Assembly: GCA_001695645.1 (NCBI GenBank)
Contig: LVZN01000002.1
Span: forward strand, 52,417 to 84,416
DNA: 32,000 bases
Direction: 5' to 3'
DNA from: Erysipelotrichaceae bacterium MTC7
GTDB lineage: Bacteria > Bacillota_I > Bacilli_A > Erysipelotrichales > Erysipelotrichaceae
The first letter of the stretch is position 1, and every line of letters begins with the position of its first letter. Made by a program: the position numbers and the translations under genes. The notes beneath the pieces are model-generated. The model did not search any database. It was given only the letters and a program-made list of their open reading frames with translations, and was not told the DNA's origin. This document shows positions 8,184 through 16,544 of this stretch, piece after piece.

Positions 8184-8765
8184 ATGGCAACGAAAAAGAA
8201 CAAAGTCAAGTTCGGTCTGAAGAACTGCCATTACGCACTGGTCACGCTTGCGGATGACGGTACCGCCACATTCGGCACGCCCGTGGCTATGCCTGGCGCA
8301 GTATCCCTTTCGCTTGACGCGGAGGGTGAAAACGAGCCGTTCTACGCCGATGATTCCGTGTACTACATGGTATCGGACAACAACGGCTATTCCGGCGATC
8401 TGGAGCTTGCGCTCATCCCGGAGAGTTTTCTTACGGACATCATGCACGAGACCGAGGACAGCAACGGCGTTCTCTATGAGAACAAGGACGTGGAGCCGGA
8501 GCATTTTGCACTGCTTTTCGAGTTTACGGGTGACCAGAGGAAGATCCGCCACTGTATGTATTACTGCTCGGCGAGCCGTCCTTCCGTATCCGGCAATACC
8601 CGCGAGGATTCTACCGAGGTGCAGACAGAAACACTCTCGCTGACTGTTTCCCCTCTGCCGAGCGGACTGGTGAAGGTCAAGACCGGGACGAACACCACGG
8701 CGGCTGTCTATGACGCATGGTACAACTCGGTATATGAGATTTCGACCGAAAGCAGCGGCGAGTAA
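8184..8765 (+). CDS. major tail protein (phi13-like family)
   Basis: RBS GGAGG. The N-terminus KVKFGLKNCHYALVT...FGTPVAMPGAVSLSLDAEGE is typical of siphovirus major tail proteins. It lies upstream of the chaperone pair. Confidence 0.8.
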   Translation: MATKKNKVKFGLKNCHYALVTLADDGTATFGTPVAMPGAVSLSLDAEGENEPFYADDSVYYMVSDNNGYSGDLELALIPESFLTDIMHETEDSNGVLYENKDVEPEHFALLFEFTGDQRKIRHCMYYCSASRPSVSGNTREDSTEVQTETLSLTVSPLPSGLVKVKTGTNTTAAVYDAWYNSVYEISTESSGE

Positions 8766-8779
8766 GGAGGGCTTAAATC

Positions 8780-9157
8780 ATGGCAGTAACAAAAACAATC
8801 GCCGTTGACGGCAAGGACGTGACTTTCCGTGCGTCTGCCGCCATCCCGCGGCTTTACAGAAACAAGTTCCACAGGGACATTTACCGTGACCTGAACGAAC
8901 TTCAGAAAGGGATCGATGAGAACAGTGCCGGGGAATCCAACCTCGACACTTTTTCTTTGGAACTTTTCGAGAACATCGCGTGGCTCATGGCGAGGCACGC
9001 CGACTCCGCCGTTCCTGACTCTCCCGAAGAGTGGCTGGACGGCTTCAACACCTTTTCCATCTACGAGGTGCTGCCGCAGATCATCGAACTGTGGGGCATC
9101 AACACGCAGCAGCAGGTCGAGTCTAAAAAAAACGTCCCGCCACGGAAAGGGAGATGA
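8780..9157 (+). CDS. tail assembly chaperone (G-like)
   Basis: 125 aa, placed between the major tail and tape measure genes. RBS AAGGAGG. It carries a slippery run near its 3' end. Confidence 0.75.
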   Translation: MAVTKTIAVDGKDVTFRASAAIPRLYRNKFHRDIYRDLNELQKGIDENSAGESNLDTFSLELFENIAWLMARHADSAVPDSPEEWLDGFNTFSIYEVLPQIIELWGINTQQQVESKKNVPPRKGR

Positions 9158-9318
9158 CAACGCCGCTGTTCCTGCTCCGGTGTGTGCAGATCGGGCTTTC
9201 CATCTCGGAACTCGATCTGCTCACCATCGGGACGGTGAACGATATGTATGCGGAAATGTCAAATGATGACTGGGACTACGCGCAGGTCGCTACCCAGGAG
9301 CAGATGGACAGATTTTAA
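8780..9318 (+). CDS. tail assembly chaperone GT-like frameshift fusion product
   Basis: The -1 frame after the slippery site reads KRPATEREMTTPLFLLRCVQIGLSISELDLLTIGTVNDMYAEMSNDDWDYAQVATQEQMDRF and ends 18 nt before the tape measure start. This is the canonical G/GT arrangement. Confidence 0.6.
9127..9133 (+). other. -1 programmed frameshift slippery heptamer A_AAA_AAC
   Basis: In the zero frame of 8780..9157 the codons are AAA(9128) AAC(9131), preceded by A9127. The -1 frame is open from 9127 to stop 9316-9318. Confidence 0.6.
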
Positions 9319-9336
9319 CGAAGGGAGGCAGGACGC

Positions 9337-12300
9337 ATGGCTGACAGAATTAAGGGCATAACAGTCGAGATCGGCGGCGATACGACCGGCCTCTCGAAAG
9401 CCCTGTCCGGCGTAAACAAAGAGATAAAGTCCACGCAGACACAGCTGAAGGACGTCAATAAATTACTGAAGCTTGATCCTACGAATACAACGCTCCTTCA
9501 GCAGAAACAGCAGCTCTTAAAGACCGCCATCTCCGAAACGAAGGACAAGCTGACGCAGCTGAAATCCGTGCAGGATCAGATGGACGAGGGCTTGAAGAAC
9601 GGCACGGTCACGCAGCAGCAGTATGACGCTTGGCAGAGGGAAATCGTAGAAACAGAGAATGAACTGAAGAACCTGCAGAAAGAACTGGATAATTCCTCCA
9701 CGGCAATGACGAAGCTGACCGCCGCCGGGGAAAAGCTCCAGTCCGTGGGCGACACCATTTCCGGCGTTGGCAAGAAAATGATGCCCGTGACATTGGGCAT
9801 CACGGCTCTCGGTACTGCAGCAGTATCAACCGCCGCTAACTTCGAGTCTGCCATGTCGCAGGTGCAGGCTACAATGGGCATCACCAAGGACTCCATGTCC
9901 GAGGTGGACGGTCAGTCCGTCAATACGATGGACGCGCTTACAGACCTTGCAAAGCAGATGGGTGAAACCACGGCATTCTCCGCTACGGAGTGCGCCGAGG
10001 CACTAAATTACCTCGCACTTGCCGGATATGACACACAGGAAATGGTGGACACACTGCCCACCGTTCTGAACCTTGCCGCGGCTGGCGGTATGGAACTTGC
10101 CACGGCGTCGGATATGGTGACGGACGCCATGTCCGCTCTCGGCATGGAGACTTCCGATGCGGACGTGATGGTTGACCAGATGGCAAAGACCGCGTCCAGC
10201 ACCAATACCTCTGTAGAGCAGCTCGGTGAGGGCATCCTCAAGATTGGTGCGACAGCAAGGAGCGTAAAGGGCGGTACGGCGGAACTGAACACGGCGCTCG
10301 GTATCCTCGCCAATAACGGTATCAAGGGAGCCGAGGGCGGCACACACCTTCGTAACGTCATCCTCTCCTTGCAGGAGGGCTGTGAGAACGGCGCTATCGC
10401 TGTGGGCGATATGTCCGTGCAGGTCTATGACGCTGAAGGAAATATGCGTTCTCTGAACGATATCCTCGGCGACATGAACACGGCGATGGACGGCATGACC
10501 GCCGAAGAGAAAAACAACATCATCAGTAAGATCTTCAATAAGACCGACCTTGCGTCCGTCAATGCGCTCCTCGCCAATACGGGTGATACCTGGGATGATT
10601 TGCAGAATTCCATCACCAATTCCGCAGGCGCGGCGCAGCAGATGGCGGACACACAGCTTGACAACCTGCAGGGACAGCTGACGCTTTTGAAATCTGCCCT
10701 GGAGGGACTTGCCATTTCTATCGGTCAGATTCTGATGCCGTATATCAAGTCCATCGTTTCTCACATTCAGAGTTTCGTGGACTGGCTGAATAACCTCGAT
10801 GAGCGGACGCAGAAGATTATCGTAACGGTGGCACTTGTCGTGGCGGCGATCGGTCCCGTGCTGATTATCGTGGGAAAGGTCATCTCCTCGGTCGGCACGA
10901 TCATGACGATCATTCCGAAAGTAACATCTGCTATGTCCACAGTCAAAACGGCAATGATGGGGCTGAACGCAACGATGGCGGCAAATCCGATAGGGCTTGT
11001 CATTGCTGCTATCACCGCTCTCGTAGCCGCCTTTATTTATCTTTGGAACACGAATGAGGATTTCCGCAACGCCATCACTGAGATATGGAACGGGCTTGTC
11101 GAGAAATTCAAGGCGTTCACGCAGGGCATCGTGGATAAGCTGAATGAGCTGGGATTCAGTTTTTCAGATATCGGAGAAGTTATCAAAGCAGTATGGGATG
11201 GTCTTTGTTCCATCCTTGCACCGATGTTTGAGGGCGCTTTCCAGCAGATAGCGAATGTCCTGTCCTACGCTATGGATCTGATACTGAATATCGTGGATAT
11301 TTTTGTCGGTATCTTTACGGGAGACTGGGACCAGGCGTTAAGCGGAATCAAGGGAATATTTACTTCTACCTGGGACTTCATCTGCAATACCTTCACCAAT
11401 ATTACGAATACGCTGAAAGGCATTCTGGATGCATTCCTCGGTCTGTTCGGGACTTCATGGGATGCGGTCTGGACTTCGATAAAGGATTTCTTTGTGGGAG
11501 TCTGGAACGGCATCAGCAGTTTCTTCACAGGCATTGTGACAGGCATACAGAATACGGCAACCACGGTATTTACGGCAAGCAGCAACTTCTTCACTTCCAT
11601 ATGGAACGGGATAAAAACCTTCTTTGAAACAATATGGAATGCAATCAAGACTGCCGTGACCGCATATTTCACGGCTTACCAGACCGTCATTACCACAGTG
11701 ATGAACGCCATACAGACGGTGATCTCTACGATCTGGAACGCTATCAAAACCGTTATTACGACTGTGCTGAATGCGATCCATACCGCGATTACCACTGCAT
11801 GGAACGCAGTCAAAACCACGACCTCCACGGTTTTCAATGCCGTAAAGAGCGTGGTCACTTCTGTTTGGAACGGCATAAAGACGGCGGTCATGAATGTGGT
11901 AAACACCATGAAGTCAGGCATCAGCAATGGCTTCAATGCAATCAAGAGTACCGTTTCCAATATCGTGAACGGCATAAAGAACACCATCTCCAATGTGTTC
12001 AATACCATCTGGAGTACGGTTTCCGGCATCGTGAACAAGCTGAAAAGTGTGTTCAACTTCAGCTGGAGCCTGCCGAAGATCAAGTTGCCGCATTTCTCCA
12101 TAACGGGCAGCTTCTCGCTGAACCCGCCGTCCATTCCGCATTTCTCCGTGGACTGGTACAAGAAGGCCATGTCGGGCGGCATGATCTTAAAGGACGCTAC
12201 GATCTTTGGCCAGAGCGGAAATACGCTCCTTGGCGGCGGAGAAGCCGGGGACGAGGCTGTGGTGGGCGTGTCCTCCCTGCGCTCGATGATACAGGACGCA

Positions 12301-12450
12301 GTGCAGGGCGCGGCTCTGTCGCTTTCGGGTGACCAGCCGCTTATCAACATACAGGAAATGAGCGTAAGGAGCGATGATGATATTCGCAAGATTTCTCAGC
12401 AACTGAACACGCTCTTAAATGCTGGCAGACGAGCGAAAGGATATATCTAA
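9337..12450 (+). CDS. tail tape measure protein
   Basis: 1037 aa. It has an N-terminal coiled coil, the TMP core (TAFSATECAEALNYLALAGY), central transmembrane-like segments, and a long array of 11-residue repeats. Confidence 0.9.
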   Translation: MADRIKGITVEIGGDTTGLSKALSGVNKEIKSTQTQLKDVNKLLKLDPTNTTLLQQKQQLLKTAISETKDKLTQLKSVQDQMDEGLKNGTVTQQQYDAWQREIVETENELKNLQKELDNSSTAMTKLTAAGEKLQSVGDTISGVGKKMMPVTLGITALGTAAVSTAANFESAMSQVQATMGITKDSMSEVDGQSVNTMDALTDLAKQMGETTAFSATECAEALNYLALAGYDTQEMVDTLPTVLNLAAAGGMELATASDMVTDAMSALGMETSDADVMVDQMAKTASSTNTSVEQLGEGILKIGATARSVKGGTAELNTALGILANNGIKGAEGGTHLRNVILSLQEGCENGAIAVGDMSVQVYDAEGNMRSLNDILGDMNTAMDGMTAEEKNNIISKIFNKTDLASVNALLANTGDTWDDLQNSITNSAGAAQQMADTQLDNLQGQLTLLKSALEGLAISIGQILMPYIKSIVSHIQSFVDWLNNLDERTQKIIVTVALVVAAIGPVLIIVGKVISSVGTIMTIIPKVTSAMSTVKTAMMGLNATMAANPIGLVIAAITALVAAFIYLWNTNEDFRNAITEIWNGLVEKFKAFTQGIVDKLNELGFSFSDIGEVIKAVWDGLCSILAPMFEGAFQQIANVLSYAMDLILNIVDIFVGIFTGDWDQALSGIKGIFTSTWDFICNTFTNITNTLKGILDAFLGLFGTSWDAVWTSIKDFFVGVWNGISSFFTGIVTGIQNTATTVFTASSNFFTSIWNGIKTFFETIWNAIKTAVTAYFTAYQTVITTVMNAIQTVISTIWNAIKTVITTVLNAIHTAITTAWNAVKTTTSTVFNAVKSVVTSVWNGIKTAVMNVVNTMKSGISNGFNAIKSTVSNIVNGIKNTISNVFNTIWSTVSGIVNKLKSVFNFSWSLPKIKLPHFSITGSFSLNPPSIPHFSVDWYKKAMSGGMILKDATIFGQSGNTLLGGGEAGDEAVVGVSSLRSMIQDAVQGAALSLSGDQPLINIQEMSVRSDDDIRKISQQLNTLLNAGRRAKGYI
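11446..12060 (+). repeat. 33-nt (11-aa) tandem periodicity inside the tape measure gene
   Basis: Units read (W/F/V/L)N(A/G)I(K/Q/H)T..T..., for example WNAIKTVITTV / LNAIHTAITTA / WNAVKTTTSTV / FNAVKSVVTSV / WNGIKTAVMNV. At least 12 consecutive units are visible. Confidence 0.8.
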
Positions 12451-12451
12451 T

Positions 12452-13231
12452 ATGGGATTTTCATTTAACGGTACGACTTCCCGGTCTATGGGGATCGCCA
12501 CAAGGATTACAACTGAAAACCGTATGCCGGACTTACGTAACAATACCATCACCATGCCGGGGCATGAGGGCGTTTTCGACTTCGGGGAAACCATCGGCGA
12601 GAGGAAGATACAGATTTCCTGCTTTATCCCTCCGGGGAAAAGCGATGAGGACTTCCTCTCGCTGAAGGACGATATCATAGCGTGGCTGAACCCGGACAGT
12701 GGGCTGTGCCCGCTTGTCCTTGACAAGGAGCCGGGGCGAGTGTATTCCGCAAGGCTGAACGAGGGCTTCTCCTTCGACAAGGCGGTGAGGAATTCCTGCA
12801 CCTTTGACCTGACCTTCCTATGTCCCGATCCATACGCCTATGCAGCCACGGACGAGGCATACGATATCGGGAGCGTGGGAACGCATACGGTTTCCCGCTC
12901 CCTTGGGAACGCTTACTCCCTGCCGGTATACTCGCTGACGGGAGTGATCCCCTCCGGCACGGACACATACATCACGATAACCACGAATGACAGCGAGTTG
13001 AAGATCGTAGGGAAACTTTCTGCCGGAGAAACGCTGGTCATCGACTCGGCTCTCATGACGGCAAAGGTAGTAGACACAAACGGCGATACGCTCCGAAATG
13101 GTCTGCCGCTTTTGTCGGAACTTAATTTTCCTGCTTTGGACGTGGGAGAAAATACGGTCACGGTGGCTGTTTCCGGCAGTACGGTGACCTTTACGGAACT
13201 TCAAATATCGGCGAGGAGCCGCTGGAGGTGA
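12452..13231 (+). CDS. distal tail protein (Dit, siphovirus tail component)
   Basis: The inner ATG 12452 lies 1 nt after the TMP stop. MGFSFNGTTSRSMGI...ITMPGHEGVFDFGE is typical of the Sipho_tail family. Confidence 0.8.
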   Translation: MGFSFNGTTSRSMGIATRITTENRMPDLRNNTITMPGHEGVFDFGETIGERKIQISCFIPPGKSDEDFLSLKDDIIAWLNPDSGLCPLVLDKEPGRVYSARLNEGFSFDKAVRNSCTFDLTFLCPDPYAYAATDEAYDIGSVGTHTVSRSLGNAYSLPVYSLTGVIPSGTDTYITITTNDSELKIVGKLSAGETLVIDSALMTAKVVDTNGDTLRNGLPLLSELNFPALDVGENTVTVAVSGSTVTFTELQISARSRWR

Positions 13232-13237
13232 TTTTGT

Positions 13238-15781
13238 ATGGCTTTAAAAAATACGATGAACACGCAGGATGCCTTTACCGGGCAATTCCCCACATCGTGG
13301 GGAAAGGACGGACTGTGGCGCTTCAATGAATCTGAACCGGATGCGAACACCTGCACGGCGGACTCCTCCGGGAACGGACGCGACGCCTATATTAACAAGT
13401 GGAGCGGTACGACTGCCGATTTTAAGACAGGGCATCTCGGTAATTACTTTCAAATGAACATCAACAATCCGTCCTCGGAGCAGACCTATCTGCGTGTATC
13501 CAATGACGGCACGATGTTCTCGGATATCGGTGAGAGGATCGTGGTCGGCGGCTGGATGAAGCCCACCACTTATTCCGTGGGCAACACATACACGCCGCTC
13601 TTATCCACGAGAGCGGGAACGGGCAATCCGATCTTTTACCTGTCCCTTATCCGTGGAAAGCCGAGACTGATGCTCTACAATTCTTCCGGCTCTCTGATAT
13701 TAGATACGTCGGTCACTCCATCGTTCAATCTGGAAAATGCCAAGTGGTACTTCATCGCGGCTGTGATTGAGCCGGATAGCAAGAGAGCCTGGTATGTACT
13801 CGGCAGCAGGGAAAGCGGCGCGGTGTGGAAATCATCCGCATTGACCTTCACGGGTGAACTGAACCGTTCTTGTACGGCAGACCTTATATGGGGAATGCTG
13901 AACAGTTCCTACTGGTACGCAGGCGGCTTTGACGACTGGTTCCTGGACTGCAATTCGGATCTGACCACTGACGATATCGCCGAGTGGTTTTTGAAATCCC
14001 TTTCTGCCAATGGTGCGGACACGGATTCTGATGTGGACGGTCTGACCACAGAAGATTCGGTCACGCTCAAAGCAACGGGCGGCGTCTATCCCGAAAGCGG
14101 TGTGCTAATCACAGCCGCCACGGAGTGCGGGATAACAGGCACGAGCAGGGTTTCTGTCAAGGCGGAGACGTCTCCGGGCGTGACATCCGTTTCGCTGGTC
14201 GAGACATCGACATCGGATGACCTCGCCACCTGGACGGACTGGATTTCCATTGGTACGGGCGGAGCATTGCAGTCTCCGTCAAAGAAGTACATTCGGTACC
14301 GCATCACACTTTCCACCACGAATACGGCGAGGACACCGGTGCTGACGGCAATAAGCCTGTATGACAATCCGAAACCGCTGTATTCGCAGCTTGGCTATGC
14401 ACGTCCCGTTATCCTTGGAGATGATGATACCGCAGAGGCTGTGCTTGAGAACGCCTACGACATCATTGTCACCAGCGAGATCAACGGCATCGATACGCTG
14501 GAATTCAAGCTGCCCTTCAAGGACAGCAAGCGTGAGTATGTGGAGAACGAAAAGCAGGTGCGCATCGTATCCGATACCTATCGCATCCGTACCGTAACCG
14601 ATGATAAGGACGAGAGCGGCAAGGCGATCACTTCCGTGTATGCGGAGGCGGCGTTTTATGACCTGTCCTTCTCCGCCAAGAAGGAAGAGAACACCTTCAC
14701 GGCGGATACCGCTGATGTTCCGATGGCGTATGCACTGCAGGGTACGGAATGGGAAGTCGGCGTGGTGAACGTCAGCACCAAGAGGACATGGACATCGACC
14801 GAGAATAACGCGCTCTCTATTCTCCGCCATGTGCAGAACATCCACGGCGGCGACCTGATCTTTGATAACGCCAACAAGCTGGTGAACCTTCTGACCTTCT
14901 CCGGCACAGACTCCGGGGCATTGTTTTGCTACAGGAAGAACATGAAATCCATCCAGAGGGTGATCGACACCACGAGCCTTATCACAAGGCTCTATGCTGT
15001 CGGTGCGGACGGCATAACCTTTGCCAATATCAATGACGGAAAGCCCTATGTGGAGGACTTTACCTATACGAGTGAGGTGCGCATCAAGACGCTGGACTGC
15101 TCGAATTTCACGAACCCTTATCAGATGCTGGAGTTTGCCAATATGCGCCTTGCGGACTATGCGGCGCCGCGAATTTCCTATGTGCTGAAAGCAATGGACT
15201 TGACCGTGCTGACGGGCTACGAGCATGAGGCATGGAACCTTGGTGATACGGTCATGGTGGTGGATGAGGATTTAGACCTTTCCATCAAGACAAGGATCGT
15301 CCGCCGGGAGTATAACCTGCAGGAACCCTGGAACACGGTACTGGAACTTTCCACAACGCTCCGTGAACTTGGCGATTCCACGTCTCAGTGGGACGCCGCC
15401 GCAGATGTCCTTGAGGGTGCAAACTACATCGACAACCAGCAGCTGCAGAACTTCGTGCCGTTCAACCATCTGAAAAACTCCCGTGGCGATGATGGCTTTG
15501 CCTATTGGACGAATTCCGGCTTTTCGGTGGATGGAGATAACGGCGTGACAGGCACGGCCTCCTTCAAGTGCGAGGGCGCGTACAACGCCACCAAGTACAT
15601 GGAGCAGACTGTCACTCCCTCCAACCGTGACAGCTATACTTTCTCGGCTCAGATCGCTACGGAGAACCTCAGTCTCGGCAGCAGCGGACAGGTCGGCGTG
15701 GAGATCGTGATCGAGTACGAGGACGGCAGCACGGAAACGAGGACGATAGACCTCATATCCTCCTCAGATACGGAGGTGTGA
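13238..15781 (+). CDS. tail-associated (Tal / prophage-tail endopeptidase-type) protein with an N-terminal LamG-like extension and a C-terminal CBM-like domain
   Basis: The segment from about aa 380 (PLYSQLGYARPVILGDDD...INGIDTLEFKLPFKDSKREYVENEKQVRIVSDTYRIRTV) matches the N-terminal region of phage minor structural/Tal proteins. Residues 1-378 look like a concanavalin/LamG-type jelly roll plus a beta-sandwich. The last ~90 aa look CBM-like. Confidence 0.8.
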   Translation: MALKNTMNTQDAFTGQFPTSWGKDGLWRFNESEPDANTCTADSSGNGRDAYINKWSGTTADFKTGHLGNYFQMNINNPSSEQTYLRVSNDGTMFSDIGERIVVGGWMKPTTYSVGNTYTPLLSTRAGTGNPIFYLSLIRGKPRLMLYNSSGSLILDTSVTPSFNLENAKWYFIAAVIEPDSKRAWYVLGSRESGAVWKSSALTFTGELNRSCTADLIWGMLNSSYWYAGGFDDWFLDCNSDLTTDDIAEWFLKSLSANGADTDSDVDGLTTEDSVTLKATGGVYPESGVLITAATECGITGTSRVSVKAETSPGVTSVSLVETSTSDDLATWTDWISIGTGGALQSPSKKYIRYRITLSTTNTARTPVLTAISLYDNPKPLYSQLGYARPVILGDDDTAEAVLENAYDIIVTSEINGIDTLEFKLPFKDSKREYVENEKQVRIVSDTYRIRTVTDDKDESGKAITSVYAEAAFYDLSFSAKKEENTFTADTADVPMAYALQGTEWEVGVVNVSTKRTWTSTENNALSILRHVQNIHGGDLIFDNANKLVNLLTFSGTDSGALFCYRKNMKSIQRVIDTTSLITRLYAVGADGITFANINDGKPYVEDFTYTSEVRIKTLDCSNFTNPYQMLEFANMRLADYAAPRISYVLKAMDLTVLTGYEHEAWNLGDTVMVVDEDLDLSIKTRIVRREYNLQEPWNTVLELSTTLRELGDSTSQWDAAADVLEGANYIDNQQLQNFVPFNHLKNSRGDDGFAYWTNSGFSVDGDNGVTGTASFKCEGAYNATKYMEQTVTPSNRDSYTFSAQIATENLSLGSSGQVGVEIVIEYEDGSTETRTIDLISSSDTEV

Positions 15782-15785
15782 CGCT

Positions 15786-15980
15786 ATGGCAAGTTTTACT
15801 CATGTGCATGGCACGGTAAGCCCACAGTATGGCAGGGTCGCAAAGATTACGGTCAGAATATTTGTGAATGACTGCACGGGGACGGTATACATCACGGATA
15901 TGAATTTGCAGGACGGCTCCCTTGCCTCCGGCTGGGTCGGTCATGTGAGCGAGATAGAGTGGACACAGGACGGTGATTAA
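15786..15980 (+). CDS. small tail-module protein (64 aa), paralogous to the N-terminus of the next ORF
   Basis: The SD GGAGGTG is embedded in the end of the upstream gene, 9 nt before the ATG. It shares the motif ITVR.(F/I)V.DC.G.....D..LQ(D/E)G...SG with 15981..16544. Confidence 0.5.
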   Translation: MASFTHVHGTVSPQYGRVAKITVRIFVNDCTGTVYITDMNLQDGSLASGWVGHVSEIEWTQDGD

Positions 15981-16544
15981 ATGGCTGATTTTGAACGCTT
16001 TGTAGAGGTTATTTCCAAAAAAGAGGATAAGCGTGTGGTCAATATCACCGTCCGTCCGATTGTCACAGACTGCGAGGGCGATATCTGGTTTACTGATCTT
16101 ATGCTCCAGGAGGGCGATATGCTGTCGGGATATACGCCTCACACGAAAGGGTTTCTCAAGGAATCGGAGAATGATCCCGTGTGGTTCAACGGCATCGTCC
16201 GCTCGGAAGAGACAGTGATCCTTTTGAACCTCGGCGGAACATCGGCGGGGCTTGACATCCACCTCTATCCGAAACAGGACATGGAGGGCGGCTCGGTCAC
16301 GCTGGCGCAGGGTGCCGGCGGTCAGAAAGCGACCTTCCCGAACGCCATGTATGCCGGGGACGATTTGGCTCTGCTGGCATCCACGCGGGAATGCAAGAGG
16401 AACGGCAGCGCGGAAACAAAGTACGGATTCTTCCAGTACAGCGCGGCGTGGGATTCCAAGCATATAGTCTCCCTGCCGCAGGGAAAGTCTGCACAGCTTT
16501 TATATTCGATGCAGGAAATGGACAATGGAGGTGAACTGCTCTGA
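15981..16544 (+). CDS. hypothetical tail-module protein (187 aa)
   Basis: The ATG directly follows the TAA of the upstream ORF in the same frame. A TGATG overlap joins it to the downstream GH18 gene. Confidence 0.55.
   Translation: MADFERFVEVISKKEDKRVVNITVRPIVTDCEGDIWFTDLMLQEGDMLSGYTPHTKGFLKESENDPVWFNGIVRSEETVILLNLGGTSAGLDIHLYPKQDMEGGSVTLAQGAGGQKATFPNAMYAGDDLALLASTRECKRNGSAETKYGFFQYSAAWDSKHIVSLPQGKSAQLLYSMQEMDNGGELL

Noticed and set aside
8916-9266. The + strand ORF (116 aa) overlapping the chaperone 3' end, considered as the possible frameshift extension.
   Set aside because: It is in the +1 frame relative to the chaperone. The slippery A_AAA_AAC favours -1. The -1 frame (to 9318) ends neatly before the tape measure gene and gives a plausible acidic helical T-like extension.
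15770-15790. A possible +1 frameshift or pseudogene break joining the 847-aa tail protein to the 64-aa ORF.
   Set aside because: A good SD (GGAGGTG) sits 9 nt upstream of the ATG at 15786, and there is no slippery sequence. Two separate polypeptides is the simpler reading. The domain-complementation idea is kept only as a hypothesis in the findings.
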